From positions 69,558 through 133,557 of the IMG/VR virus record IMGVR_UViG_3300029825_000001: 64,000 bases of DNA. One strand, given 5' to 3'. Within the stretch, counting starts at the first letter, position 1. The number at the start of each line of letters is the position of its first letter. This document shows positions 11,077 to 21,749 of the stretch, piece by piece. The notes beneath the pieces are model-generated. The model saw only the letters and a program-made list of their open reading frames with translations. It did not search any database and was not told the DNA's origin. Both the position numbers and the translations under genes were made by a program. This DNA is from a virus.

Positions 11077-12267
11077 TTAGTTTAATACAATTTCAAAATT
11101 AACAATATTTTCATCATCAAATACTATTAATGTTTGAGATGCTTTTCCAAATAATCTTTTACTCTTAGCATATTCATCAACTCCGCAAAGTGAACCATTG
11201 ACAAAGACCTTTGAAAAATGGAATGATTTTTCTGCTTTCTTATGGTAATGTCCCATCAATACAATATCTGCAATAATACCAGTTGAAAGAGTTAAGTCTT
11301 GAATTACTGTATTAGGATTTTCCAAATGCCCATGTACAGCAAAAATATTCTTACCATTCAATTCAAAATAAGCAATGCTTTCATCAATAATATTTTCAAT
11401 AAACTCAAAATCATCTAAATTAGTTAGCCTTGCTTTTAAATACCAATCAATAATCTTTCCAAAATTTTCTTTTTCAATATGTTCTTTAAAATTTTTATTT
11501 AGTCTTGAATGATTATCAGATACACTAACATACTTAATGTTTAATCCAAAATTATGTAATTCATTAATAAAATAAGCAAATAATTCTGATACGTGCATGA
11601 TTTGTTCTATAGAATCTTCTTCAGACATTACACGACAAGTAACATGAATTGCACCCTCCATCAAATCTCCAAGATTAGCAATATATAATGTACCAACATT
11701 CATAGTTTCACAATATCTTATTGTATCAAAAATTAATTTATCAACTCTATCTTTTGCAATTAAAGTGTTAAATTTATTCCAATAATTATCTGATATCTTA
11801 CCATAATGCCAATCACTACATTCAAGTATGGCAGATAATTCACCATCTAATTGTTTTTCTTTAGGTTGATATTTAAACTCTGGAAGATTAAAGGCTATTT
11901 CATATATCATATCCATAATATTTTCAATTCTAGCTTCATCTCTAAGAGTTTTTCGATATTCTCTTAATTTATCGGCAGTCTTAATTTTTGTTTTATATAA
12001 TTCATCTTCACGCTTATCTATTTGTTCTAATCTTTCAAGTAAAACTTCTTCGCTTATATATTCATCTTTAACTTCAAGCCACATATTTTCCCAACTCTGA
12101 TAAACTTTACGATAAGCACTTTCATCAAAATCTTCATTAAGTTCTTTTCTACAGATTTCACCTAATTCTTCATTTGATAAATTTCCTATGTCTTGTTGAT
12201 ATTTATATACTCTCCATATAAAGTGAAGTCTACTTTCACCTTCCATACGTTTTAAATTTTCTTCCAT
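11077..12267 (-). CDS. Calcineurin-like metallophosphoesterase with N-terminal coiled coil
   Basis: Motifs SDWHYG, GDLMEG, DNHSR, VHGH, GHYH. Confidence 0.85.
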   Translation of the reverse strand: MEENLKRMEGESRLHFIWRVYKYQQDIGNLSNEELGEICRKELNEDFDESAYRKVYQSWENMWLEVKDEYISEEVLLERLEQIDKREDELYKTKIKTADKLREYRKTLRDEARIENIMDMIYEIAFNLPEFKYQPKEKQLDGELSAILECSDWHYGKISDNYWNKFNTLIAKDRVDKLIFDTIRYCETMNVGTLYIANLGDLMEGAIHVTCRVMSEEDSIEQIMHVSELFAYFINELHNFGLNIKYVSVSDNHSRLNKNFKEHIEKENFGKIIDWYLKARLTNLDDFEFIENIIDESIAYFELNGKNIFAVHGHLENPNTVIQDLTLSTGIIADIVLMGHYHKKAEKSFHFSKVFVNGSLCGVDEYAKSKRLFGKASQTLIVFDDENIVNFEIVLN

Positions 12268-12340
12268 AAATCCTTTTTATCCTTTCTTATCCTTTTATTC
12301 TTATTTCTTTATAATAAAAAATTCATTCACACCAATATTT

Positions 12341-12384
12341 CCAGTATCTAAGGGAGTAGAAATAATATCTACCCCCTATACTAG
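12341..12384. promoter_or_regulatory. Long GC-containing hairpin in leader of phosphoesterase gene
   Basis: CCAGTAT-CTA-AGGGAGTAGA-loop-TCTACCCCCT-ATACTAG; followed on minus strand by triple AAAGGAT SD-like repeats (12270-12299). Confidence 0.45.
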
Positions 12385-12474
12385 AAAGAAAGGATTAAGA
12401 ATGAAAAAAGTAACTTGTAATGTTATTTTTTAAATTTACATTGTGTGATATTTTATATTTATCACGATTAAAAA

Positions 12475-13896
12475 TTATAAATGACAAATTGTATCTTTGA
12501 CTGTTGAAATAATTCTTGTAGTCTTATTCATTTTTCTAAGTTCATCTTCAAGTAAACCCTTAAAATGTAACTTACCATCTATATCCCCATGCAATAAATA
12601 TATTTTTTCACATTGAATATCTTTTAAATAATTCAATAATTCATTTTGCTGAATGTGAGATGAATATGAATTTAATACAGTTAATCCACACTTATTTTTA
12701 TATGATACTCCATCAACTGTAATATTCTTCTGACCACTTTTTATTTTACCTGCGATACTATTAGGAGAACTATATCCACATGTTATTATACAATCTTTTG
12801 GATGTTTAATATATTCACATAAATAATTTACAGCTCTGCCCTTTTGGAGAAAACCACTTGATGAAAGTACTATCTTAGGACTATCATTTTCTACACATGC
12901 ACGACTTTCTTTATAATCAGTAATAAATTTAACATTCTCCCAATTACAAGCATTTTCAAATAATTCTAGGTCATCATCTTTTAATACTTTTTTATATACT
13001 TTTGTAATTTCCCAAATCAAAGGACTATCTAAAATTATTTTAGTTTTAAATGATTTATCTTCATGGTACATTAAATACAAATCTGTAAGAATTTGTTGCG
13101 ACCTCGATAAACTGAAGACTGGAATCAAAATTCTACCCTTTTGAATATCACACACTTGATGAATGGTAGTCTTTAATTTTTCTAAATCTTTTTGTCTATC
13201 AGGTTTAAAATTCTTATCAGAGTCACCATACGTACACTCGCTGATTACAATATTTGCATTAGTGCATTTATCTAAATCATCAACATAATAATTTTTTAAA
13301 TTTACTCTGCCTAAATCACTGGTGTACAGAATCTTTGAAATATGTCCTGAACTTTCTTTTATGAATAATTCTAATTGACAAGCTCCCAAAAGATGTGAGT
13401 TATGTAAAAATCTAAAGCTTATTTCTTCATCTAAATTATATATCTCATTATAATCATAGGTTTCAGTAAGTTCTATCATTCGCCACACTTCAGATTCAGT
13501 GTAGTAAGGATATGTTTCTTTTCCTTTTCTATGAGTTACCGTATCTGCTTCTCTTTCAATAATTTTTGCTGAATCTAGCCCCATAGGTTTCATAAATTCT
13601 TTTGTAATTTCTGTACAAATAATTTTACCATCAAAACCATCACGAATTAATTTTGGGACTCGACCTACGTGGTCTTGGTGAATATGGTTGACAAATACAT
13701 AATCTATATTTTTAGGTTTAAATGGAAAAGATTTTGCATTGTCTTTAAAGTCGTTAATGAGATTATTTGTCTGTATTGTTCCACATTCAAGTAATATATT
13801 TTTATTAGGCGTTTCGATTAGAGTCATTGAGCCTGTGACTGCTTCGCTATTATTACCTAAAAAGGTTATTTTTATTTTGTCTTTCTTCTTACCCAT
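12475..13896 (-). CDS. MBL-fold beta-CASP nuclease (probable RNase)
   Basis: HIHQDHVG, SHLLG, YTSD, PVFSLSRSQ, YSSH motifs. Confidence 0.88.
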   Translation of the reverse strand: MGKKKDKIKITFLGNNSEAVTGSMTLIETPNKNILLECGTIQTNNLINDFKDNAKSFPFKPKNIDYVFVNHIHQDHVGRVPKLIRDGFDGKIICTEITKEFMKPMGLDSAKIIEREADTVTHRKGKETYPYYTESEVWRMIELTETYDYNEIYNLDEEISFRFLHNSHLLGACQLELFIKESSGHISKILYTSDLGRVNLKNYYVDDLDKCTNANIVISECTYGDSDKNFKPDRQKDLEKLKTTIHQVCDIQKGRILIPVFSLSRSQQILTDLYLMYHEDKSFKTKIILDSPLIWEITKVYKKVLKDDDLELFENACNWENVKFITDYKESRACVENDSPKIVLSSSGFLQKGRAVNYLCEYIKHPKDCIITCGYSSPNSIAGKIKSGQKNITVDGVSYKNKCGLTVLNSYSSHIQQNELLNYLKDIQCEKIYLLHGDIDGKLHFKGLLEDELRKMNKTTRIISTVKDTICHL

Positions 13897-13969
13897 ATAT
13901 CTTTTCCTTTACTAAATTTATTTTATCTGAGTTAAGTTATTGTATAGGATGTTTATTTAGTTTTTATTT

Positions 13970-14046
13970 TGGCATAAGTGGAGCGACTCGAACACTCATT
14001 ATTCAGATTTGGAGTCTGACAGTTTACCAATTAATCTTACACTTAC
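13970..14046 (-). tRNA. trnW: tRNA-Trp (CCA)
   Basis: Acceptor GTAAGTG/CACTTAT, anticodon arm TCAGA-CTCCAAA-TCTGA, T arm GAGTG-TTCGAGT-CGCTC, encoded CCA end. Confidence 0.9.
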
Positions 14047-14050
14047 ATAT

Positions 14051-14127
14051 TGGTCTGAATAGAAAGATTTGAACTTTCGACCTTCGCATCCCAATTGCGA
14101 CACTCTACCAAACTGAGCTATATTCAG
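14051..14127 (-). tRNA. trnP: tRNA-Pro (TGG)
   Basis: C1:G72 and A73, D arm GCTC-AGTTTGGTA-GAGT, anticodon arm TCGCA-ATTGGGA-TGCGA, TTCAAAT loop, CCA end. Confidence 0.9.
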
Positions 14128-14315
14128 ATATTTTTATTTTTATCACGACAAATAGAGCATTGAAAATAAATTCTTTGCTCTATTTTATCATTAAGAAACT
14201 CCCTCTGTTTTCGTGTATATTTAGTTTGTTTCCCTATTAGTTTCAACTTTTTTATGTATCTAATCACTGTAAATGTTGTAATTTAAAGGCTGGAGTCATA
14301 TATGGGGTATGGAAA

Positions 14316-16889
14316 TTATTGCTTTCTGAGTCTATCTTTATCTAATTTGCCTATTCTTTGACATCCTTTACTACACCATACTTGGTCTATCATATTAGGA
14401 TTAATTTTGAATCTCTTCCCACATATCGGACAAATCTTCCCTAATCCTTCGGTATTGAATTTTAAATTCTCAACAATTTCTTGTCCAAAACATGCCCATA
14501 ATAATTTTTTATGTGATGATTTTCGTTTGGTATATAAATACTTAACTAAAGTATCAACAATAAATTCTTTGTCATATGGTAACCTTAACATTCTATTTCT
14601 TATCTTCTGATATATATATAAATCTTGTTCTGGTCTATAATCTTCATCTTCAAATTCATATTTAAAATATTGATGAACGTTCCAATAGTCATATGCTTTA
14701 ATTACAATTTTACTTTCTTTTGTTAATTCAAACTCTTGCTTATGTAATAATAAACAATGATTCATTTTACTTACTGTATTTGAAATTAATAATGGATTAC
14801 TAGGGATAATTGTATCAAGCATATTCATAGGGCTTCTATTTACTTCGGATACTTGATATTCTTCTTTATCCTTTGCATACACAAAGAAATGTGGTAATTT
14901 TAATTTAGTATATCTTTTAATTAAATCGTCTTTATTATTTGGTCTTTTAGGCATATATAATGTTTTAGCCATATCAATGCAGAAATTGTTTTCCATACAT
15001 AATAGTTTAATTACATCAATTTGTTCTTGTTTTACTTTACCACAATTCCAAATCTTAGATATGTTATTACTATATAGTCCAATCTTACCACCCCTATATG
15101 CCGATTCTAACCCCTCAAATAATACATTACTATTAATTATCTGACTTGGAGCTTTTTTCATATCATAATATAATGGAACAATATCTTTCATATTTCTTTT
15201 AGCTATTCTACATAATAATTTATCTGCCACAACTAGAAGCTTATCGCCATCTACATCAAACATGAGATATTTACTAATTAAATCTTTTGTACTTGTATAA
15301 ATGGCTTTTCCTTTAAACCATTTTTTAGTATTCTCATTAATTACGTTTTGTCTTACAACATGTTCTCTATAAAGATGTGGACTTCTCAAGCAATCTAAAT
15401 CAATTCCGTTTTTATAAATAGAACAACTAACTTCTCCATCATTCAATAGTCCATCAGGATTTTTTATACCTAAAAATAACCATTCACTAAAAGCATATAA
15501 ATCAGGTAATACAAAAGTATATTTTCCTTTAATTGATAGTTTTCCTGCTTTACCTTCTTTGATAAGACTATCTCTACAATCTTTTAAAATCTGTCTATTA
15601 TATTTATCTCTCATTAATTCAGGATAGATTTCTAATGCTTGTTGCATATAATTTTTATTTGTATTAAATCCAGTTACTCCTAATAATTTCATCATGGTAC
15701 GATAATCTGAACCGATACTATTAATATCATTAATTGTTCTTTGTGCCAATCTAGTCATTTCTTTCTCAGTAATATCAGATAATGTTTGAAGCATTTGATA
15801 ATTTATTTGTGCATCAGGAATATTTTCTTCTTCAACATTACAAACACATGCTTGACAATTATATTTTTTAAAATTAGTTTTATAATGTTCCCATGAATCG
15901 TAATACTTCCACATTTTAAACTGACTTTTTGTAAAAATATATCTAATATCTTCAGCAATAATATCTCGTTTTTTACCATAGATATCTGGTATAATTCCAA
16001 TTTTGGGATTTTTATATTTATCTCTCCATTCTAAAACTAAATTATAATAATCAAATACACCCATTAAACCTTTTACCCAAGGTAAACGTACCATTTCATT
16101 ATCACCATCAAGCATATATCCACAACCATCAGTATGAGGTATCGGTACACTCATGGTTTTTCTAATAATTTCATATGTATTATCATTAATAAAATCTACT
16201 ACACTTTCAACTAGAGTTTCAAAATCATCAACCACAATAGATTTATCAATATCAAAATTTTCCCATATATCTGTTGCACTATTATTTAAACTATAATATG
16301 CAAGATATTTATTAGCATTAATTCCACCTTTAGAATTAATAATATCCCATGTTAGTCCGCAAGTAAGAGTATTTTCATATTGCTTTAATAATGACTCTTT
16401 TACACTCACAAATTTTTTAGTTCTAATTTGACCTGCACTAGCACTAAACAAACTGTATTTTTGACCATTATATAAAAAACCATGTTTAATTAAATCTTCA
16501 GCAACTTGAAAATAATATACTTGAATTACCATAATATCATCTGTTAGTTTATTAGTTTTAAATCTTAATGTTCTTGTAAGATTAGATTCAAATATTGATA
16601 TAACTTTTTTATCATTGATACTGTCTGTTCTTAACACTCTTAACTGATTTAATTTTCTTGTATTTTCAAATTCATCATATAAATGTGATTTAAATTTGTT
16701 AATTATTTTATTTATTCTCTTTAAATGAAAATCATAATGTTTATATTTTTTATCCTTTTTATATCTCTTTTTAATCTTAGTTCTAATTGAATAGCATTTA
16801 GATAATCTTTTATGTATTTTATGTTCTGTATCAGTATAAAAACAAGCAGTATCAAAACTATATAAATGTATTTGTTTAGTTAATGCCAA
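14316..16889 (-). CDS. yonO: YonO-type single-subunit DNA-dependent RNA polymerase (cellular RdRP-like fold)
   Basis: 857 aa; SAGQIRTKK, DGCG, RLPWVKG, RSPHLY, catalytic MFDVDGD; upstream of late genes as in SPbeta. Confidence 0.88.
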   Translation of the reverse strand: MALTKQIHLYSFDTACFYTDTEHKIHKRLSKCYSIRTKIKKRYKKDKKYKHYDFHLKRINKIINKFKSHLYDEFENTRKLNQLRVLRTDSINDKKVISIFESNLTRTLRFKTNKLTDDIMVIQVYYFQVAEDLIKHGFLYNGQKYSLFSASAGQIRTKKFVSVKESLLKQYENTLTCGLTWDIINSKGGINANKYLAYYSLNNSATDIWENFDIDKSIVVDDFETLVESVVDFINDNTYEIIRKTMSVPIPHTDGCGYMLDGDNEMVRLPWVKGLMGVFDYYNLVLEWRDKYKNPKIGIIPDIYGKKRDIIAEDIRYIFTKSQFKMWKYYDSWEHYKTNFKKYNCQACVCNVEEENIPDAQINYQMLQTLSDITEKEMTRLAQRTINDINSIGSDYRTMMKLLGVTGFNTNKNYMQQALEIYPELMRDKYNRQILKDCRDSLIKEGKAGKLSIKGKYTFVLPDLYAFSEWLFLGIKNPDGLLNDGEVSCSIYKNGIDLDCLRSPHLYREHVVRQNVINENTKKWFKGKAIYTSTKDLISKYLMFDVDGDKLLVVADKLLCRIAKRNMKDIVPLYYDMKKAPSQIINSNVLFEGLESAYRGGKIGLYSNNISKIWNCGKVKQEQIDVIKLLCMENNFCIDMAKTLYMPKRPNNKDDLIKRYTKLKLPHFFVYAKDKEEYQVSEVNRSPMNMLDTIIPSNPLLISNTVSKMNHCLLLHKQEFELTKESKIVIKAYDYWNVHQYFKYEFEDEDYRPEQDLYIYQKIRNRMLRLPYDKEFIVDTLVKYLYTKRKSSHKKLLWACFGQEIVENLKFNTEGLGKICPICGKRFKINPNMIDQVWCSKGCQRIGKLDKDRLRKQ

Positions 16890-16902
16890 ATTATCGCCTA
16901 CC

Positions 16903-17545
16903 TTATCTCAGAAACCCAGTTTTTCTTACATAATCACCGTTACCAGTCATATCATAAGAATCTCTAGTTTCTGTACGTTCTTTGAATATATAATCATCTA
17001 AATTAATGCCAATATCTTTTGTATTAGGTTCATTTTCTTCAAACTCACCTATTTTACCATTATGTATAGTTAATTCAATTTCAATATCAGGTTCAAATTC
17101 ACAGTCTTCACTATATGTATCATATTTTTTTTCACAAAATCCATATTGTCCAAACATACACTTTTCACACATTGTCATTTCATTTTCAGTCATATTACTT
17201 CTCATCCTCCATATCTAAAACATCAATCTTAATTTCCATAGGTATTTCAGTATGGTCAAATAAGAACTTGTCTAAATTCTCTCCGTCAATAAAAAATGAT
17301 ATAATACTATCTTTATCTTGAATCTTAAATAATCTGCCCTGACCTACAAATTCAATTGTGTTGCCAAATGAAACCTGAATATCAATAGTTTCATCATCTG
17401 CATATAGTCTTTCTAACATTACCGATAAATTGAACTGAGCAGTATTATCATCATTTTTTAATATGTATTCATAATCATGTTCAGCTAATTCAAGTATGCC
17501 ACTTAGGTTATAACTTTCTTTTATTTTATTTACTTTGTTGTTCAT
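16903..17545 (-). CDS. Two small hypothetical ORFs (16903-17205, 17195-17545)
   Basis: Coupled ORFs with RBS preceding yonO. Confidence 0.55.
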
Positions 17546-17621
17546 ATGTATTTTTATCTCCTTAATATGTAATATTTTTATATTATATTTTTTATTTATT
17601 ATGGTTAATTGCTTGATTTAA

Positions 17622-18215
17622 TTAATCCACATATGTAATATATAAATTGTCAATATATTTCTTTAATTCTTTTTCATTATCTATAGAATAAAATTCTTCA
17701 AGTCTATTATGTTCTTTTAACCATTTTTCTAAAGTATCTAAACATTTTTCATGATTCCATCTAAAACATTCATAACCATTAATTGTATCTGTTGTGGCTT
17801 TTTTACTAATGATAGCTTCTCTTTTAGGTTCTGTTGCACCTTTTGATGGTTTAGCTAATCCAATTACTTTAAAGAGTTTACCCACTGTTTTTGAACCAAT
17901 TGACACTCTAAATCTATTTCCAAAATCAGCTTGACTTTCAAATCCCCATTTATTTTTGTCTACTCTATATGTATTAATTGTAACCTCTAACTTTTTATCA
18001 TTATCACTTAACATATCATCTATTTTATTTGACAATTCTTCATGTATAATCTCAACTTTAGATTCCAATTGTTTAGTATCGTTTTGCAATTGTTCCATTT
18101 TTATATATAGTCCATTCATTTTTCTGTTCATAATTTGTTGCTGAATAAAATCTAATTCATCGTCACTCATATTTGATATATCATATTTATTATATAATTC
18201 AATTTCATTTATCAT
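17622..18215 (-). CDS. Coiled-coil plus probable DNA-binding domain protein
   Basis: 197 aa, 3 bp downstream of parB; function not recognised. Confidence 0.5.
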   Translation of the reverse strand: MINEIELYNKYDISNMSDDELDFIQQQIMNRKMNGLYIKMEQLQNDTKQLESKVEIIHEELSNKIDDMLSDNDKKLEVTINTYRVDKNKWGFESQADFGNRFRVSIGSKTVGKLFKVIGLAKPSKGATEPKREAIISKKATTDTINGYECFRWNHEKCLDTLEKWLKEHNRLEEFYSIDNEKELKKYIDNLYITYVD

Positions 18216-18218
18216 ATA

Positions 18219-19256
18219 TTATTCGATTACCTCCACATCAATTATTTTATTATTTGGCAAATAAGTTCTAATATCTTCACACCATTTTTCTACAGAATTA
18301 ATTATATCTACTAAATTATTCAAAGCAACATCACTATCAAGTCTTTCAAGAGTCCTAGAATATTTTATAGGAGCTAATTCAGTTTTTAAAAAGTTATCAA
18401 TTTTAACTGCTAATCCTGATAATTCTGTAGCTGACTGAATTCTTCTAGCAATATCATCTTTTTCCTTATTTAAAAAATCAATTTGTTGTTTTAACTCTTT
18501 AAATTTTTTTGCTTCTGCTTCATTTAATTGTACTTTACGTTCTAACAAATTTTTATCTCTTTTTAATATCTCAATATCTTTATCTTTTATTGATATTTTA
18601 GATTTTAATATTTCAATAGTGTTATAATCCGTATTGTCAATTATTTCAGGTTCTTTATTTTGTTCAATAGATAATTTCCTTTCTAGCTCATCTTTCTCTT
18701 TTTTTAAAGTTAAATAAGCTTTGTTGATAGAAAGTTGTCCTTCATCTAATTGTTTAATCATTTCTTCCGAAGCATTTTCTGATATGTATTTTGCTTGACG
18801 ATAAGTTTCTCCAGAACCAATACCTATATCATTTGCTACCTTGTCTCTTACACTACCTATATTTTCTCGACTTGCAGAATCTTGCATGTCGGAGTTTTGT
18901 TGTAAATTAGATAAAGAATTATTAGTTGCAATCTTTTTATATTCTTCTTCTAACATCTTTGCCCATGCCATTTTCTCATTAAAACTGAAATCTTTACGAT
19001 TTTCATTCTCACTAATTTCTAGTTTTAATTGATGCAACGCATCTTTTACACTCATTACTTTAACCTCAATCTGCTGATATCCCAAATATTTTAATGCTCT
19101 TAATCTACGTTCTCCTGCAATTAATTCATATTCAGGTGTAACCACTGGTGGATTAATTAATCCAATTTCTTTAATATCATTAGCAAGCTCAGGTATGTCC
19201 CCAAAATCTTTTCTAATTCTATCACTAACTTTAATCTTATCAATTGATATTAACAT
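18219..19256 (-). CDS. parB: ParB N-terminal domain protein with HTH and coiled coil
   Basis: GLINPPVV, LIAGERRLRA, ISENENRKD. Confidence 0.88.
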   Translation of the reverse strand: MLISIDKIKVSDRIRKDFGDIPELANDIKEIGLINPPVVTPEYELIAGERRLRALKYLGYQQIEVKVMSVKDALHQLKLEISENENRKDFSFNEKMAWAKMLEEEYKKIATNNSLSNLQQNSDMQDSASRENIGSVRDKVANDIGIGSGETYRQAKYISENASEEMIKQLDEGQLSINKAYLTLKKEKDELERKLSIEQNKEPEIIDNTDYNTIEILKSKISIKDKDIEILKRDKNLLERKVQLNEAEAKKFKELKQQIDFLNKEKDDIARRIQSATELSGLAVKIDNFLKTELAPIKYSRTLERLDSDVALNNLVDIINSVEKWCEDIRTYLPNNKIIDVEVIE

Positions 19257-19339
19257 TATGTATTTTCCTTTCTCTTATGTTTTTTTTATTTATTACACTT
19301 AAATTTCTAATTCAGAAGTTGTGAAACTTCTATACATAC

Positions 19340-19368
19340 ACTATACCATATCTACCATAGCTTGTCAA
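19340..19368 (-). promoter_or_regulatory. sigma-A promoter for parB
   Basis: TTGACA-17-TATAGT on minus strand. Confidence 0.75.
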
Positions 19369-19460
19369 ACAATTTAATAAAACTTTTATATTTATTACAA
19401 TTAAATTTTATATTAAATATTTCATCAGAATATACCAAAAATATCTTTGTCGAAAACCTA

Positions 19461-19548
19461 CTTTTTTTCCAAGGGTAAAATCTTTTTTCCAAGGGGCATT
19501 TACTTTTTTCCAAGGTTCATGTATTTTTTTCCAATGAACCCTTGGAAA
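19461..19548. repeat. Iteron array (probable replication origin)
   Basis: TTTTTTCCAAGG at 19461, 19482, 19503, variant TTTTTTCCAATG at about 19525 (20-21 bp period), one inverted copy CCTTGGAAA at 19540; AT-rich tract adjacent; just downstream of rep. Confidence 0.75.
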
Positions 19549-19681
19549 TAAGTACAAGGATATAAGAGTAGATGAATATATAAGATGAATTAATAAGATG
19601 ATATACTGCAAAAATAAATTAAAATTCATTTTCTTGTAAAAATCGCTTACGCTCATATTTTTTTCTTTTATCTTTCTCGTC

Positions 19682-20434
19682 TTATTTCTTATTTTGTTTT
19701 GATTGAAATATTTTTGTTTTCAATTTATTAGATATAAAATTAATTGAATGTTTTTCTATATTATCATTATCAGATTTCCATTCTTCCCATAAAGGATAAT
19801 ATTTATTTCTGTATCTCTGATTTGAACTTTCAATTTTACTTCCTGTATTTTGTCTTAATAAATTGTTTTCAATTAGTATTTTATTAATTGCTATAATAGT
19901 TTCATTATTACTTCCCACGATACCTTTAATTTGTTCAAATGAAATTCTTAATGGATTATTATCCTTTTTAATATATTTCATCTGATAAACATAATATAAT
20001 CTAGTAGCAACTTCTTTTGCATTTACAATTTTCTCATATTGTTGTTTATCCTTCTTATATTTCACTTTTAATTTACATGTTAATTCTTGTATTTTAAATA
20101 ATGCTTCATCACTAATCTGTGTAAATATTTTAGAAATATAATCTGAATCAATAAGATTAATTATAAGTGGTTGTCCATTTGGTAATTCTTCTTCTCCAGT
20201 TTCTTTATTAAATGGCAATTCATAATAAATAAATTGATTCCCTCTTAATTCACTTAACCGTTCTTTAATAGTCTTATTGTCTGATATTTTGGTTATGTTT
20301 TTTAAATCACTATTATATATGTATATTTTGTTATTACCTCTGGCATATAGTTTAAGATAAACATATAGGTAAAATGCTCTAGTTGATAAATTAGGATATT
20401 CTATTATAGTGTTGCTGACTTGTACTTTATACAA
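19682..20434 (-). CDS. Putative replication initiator (tandem winged-helix)
   Basis: LSTRAFYLYVYLK...ISDNKTIKERLSEL and second wHTH ATRLYYVY...SFEQIKGIVG; adjacent to iterons. Confidence 0.6.
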   Translation of the reverse strand: MYKVQVSNTIIEYPNLSTRAFYLYVYLKLYARGNNKIYIYNSDLKNITKISDNKTIKERLSELRGNQFIYYELPFNKETGEEELPNGQPLIINLIDSDYISKIFTQISDEALFKIQELTCKLKVKYKKDKQQYEKIVNAKEVATRLYYVYQMKYIKKDNNPLRISFEQIKGIVGSNNETIIAINKILIENNLLRQNTGSKIESSNQRYRNKYYPLWEEWKSDNDNIEKHSINFISNKLKTKIFQSKQNKK

Positions 20435-20673
20435 TGATTCTCATTCACCTCTTTTCGCATAAGTTTTATATTTATTGTTTTTAATATTGTGTTATATTTT
20501 TAAGATAACTCTAGTTTATCACATTTCTAATATTTGTCAATAATTATTTTTAATATTTTTTATTTATCACACTTGACTTATGTTTTTCTTCTGTTATAAT
20601 ATAGTTGTAAGATAAATAAAAATAAAAAATATTACATATAATAAAAATGAAAAGGAAAAGGAGATTTTAAACT

Positions 20674-21747
20674 ATGAGTAATTTAGTAGAAAATATAAAT
20701 ATAAATACAAATAATATAGTTGGATTTAAAAACGATTCTATAAAGGAATCATTTGATGTATTTCTAAGCGAATATAAAAGTGAAAATACAAAAAAGAATT
20801 ATACTAGATATATTAATCAAGCTTTTATGTATTTGATTGGTAAAGATATTAATACAATATCATTATCTGACATTCAAAATTTAAATCAAGGTGATATAAG
20901 AAAATATAGAAGTTATTTAAGGCAAAATTATAAAGACAATACTACTAACCAAATGATATTTGCATGTAAAGCATTTTTTGACTATCTTATTGATTGTGAT
21001 AAAATAAATAAAAATTGTTTTCACATTAAAAAAATTAAAACTGAAGAAGTTGAAGTAAATTATGGTTCACTTACTGAATCAGAATTAGAAGGATTATATA
21101 ATTATTGTTTAGGTCTTAAAGATAGAGGAATAACCAAAAAGTTATATTTTGAATTTTTAGCTACAGTTACATGTAGAAAGTCTGTTGCACAAGAACTTAA
21201 GTTTAATGATATAGTGCGTAAATTAAATCCTAGTGATGGAAAAGAATATTGGGTTATTAATTCATTTGATAAAACTAGAATTGTAGATAGAGCTATTACT
21301 GATGAATTTTATGATAGACTTAAAGTCAATTTTGATTCTTATGATTGGGTAGACCAAAAGAAAGGTCTTATATTTAATGTTGGAGATAAGACTTTAGAAA
21401 AAACATTAAACGATTATTGTAAATTTGTAGGTATTGACAAGAAAGGTAGAAATATTGTTCAACATAGTATTAAATCTAGTGGATTAGATATTATTCAAGA
21501 TGCTTTTGGAGATATTAAGATTACTGCTAAAGCTGGAGGTCATGCAAGTATACAAACACCTTATAAAAAATATATTGGTAAGAATACAGATTATTCTCTA
21601 CAACCTAGTATCTTATTATCAGATAGAAATAATATGAATTGTTTAGATGAATTGAGCAAAGAACAATTATTAGATTTAGTGAAAAATAGTGGAATGATTA
21701 CTTTTAATAAAATATGTGCTAATGCAGAAAAAAGAGGTTTGATTTAA
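20674..21747 (+). CDS. Tyrosine recombinase / integrase family protein
   Basis: N-terminal SAM-like domain (SENTKKNY); catalytic set R (TCRK), K (DKT), HSIK (H-x-x-K instead of R), GH, Y (PYKKY); promoter TTGACT-16-TATAAT at 20573-20600. Confidence 0.85.
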   Translation: MSNLVENININTNNIVGFKNDSIKESFDVFLSEYKSENTKKNYTRYINQAFMYLIGKDINTISLSDIQNLNQGDIRKYRSYLRQNYKDNTTNQMIFACKAFFDYLIDCDKINKNCFHIKKIKTEEVEVNYGSLTESELEGLYNYCLGLKDRGITKKLYFEFLATVTCRKSVAQELKFNDIVRKLNPSDGKEYWVINSFDKTRIVDRAITDEFYDRLKVNFDSYDWVDQKKGLIFNVGDKTLEKTLNDYCKFVGIDKKGRNIVQHSIKSSGLDIIQDAFGDIKITAKAGGHASIQTPYKKYIGKNTDYSLQPSILLSDRNNMNCLDELSKEQLLDLVKNSGMITFNKICANAEKRGLI

Positions 21748-21749
21748 TA

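Noticed and set aside
13900-14300. Theta (HDV-like) ribozymes flanking the tRNAs
   Set aside because: Flanks are AT-rich with no nested pseudoknot.
495-16889. Introns or inteins in terminase, capsid or RNA polymerase
   Set aside because: Frames are continuous and of expected length, with no intein motifs seen.
19408-19656. 82-aa ORF with WKK repeats
   Set aside because: Translation artefact of the iteron array.
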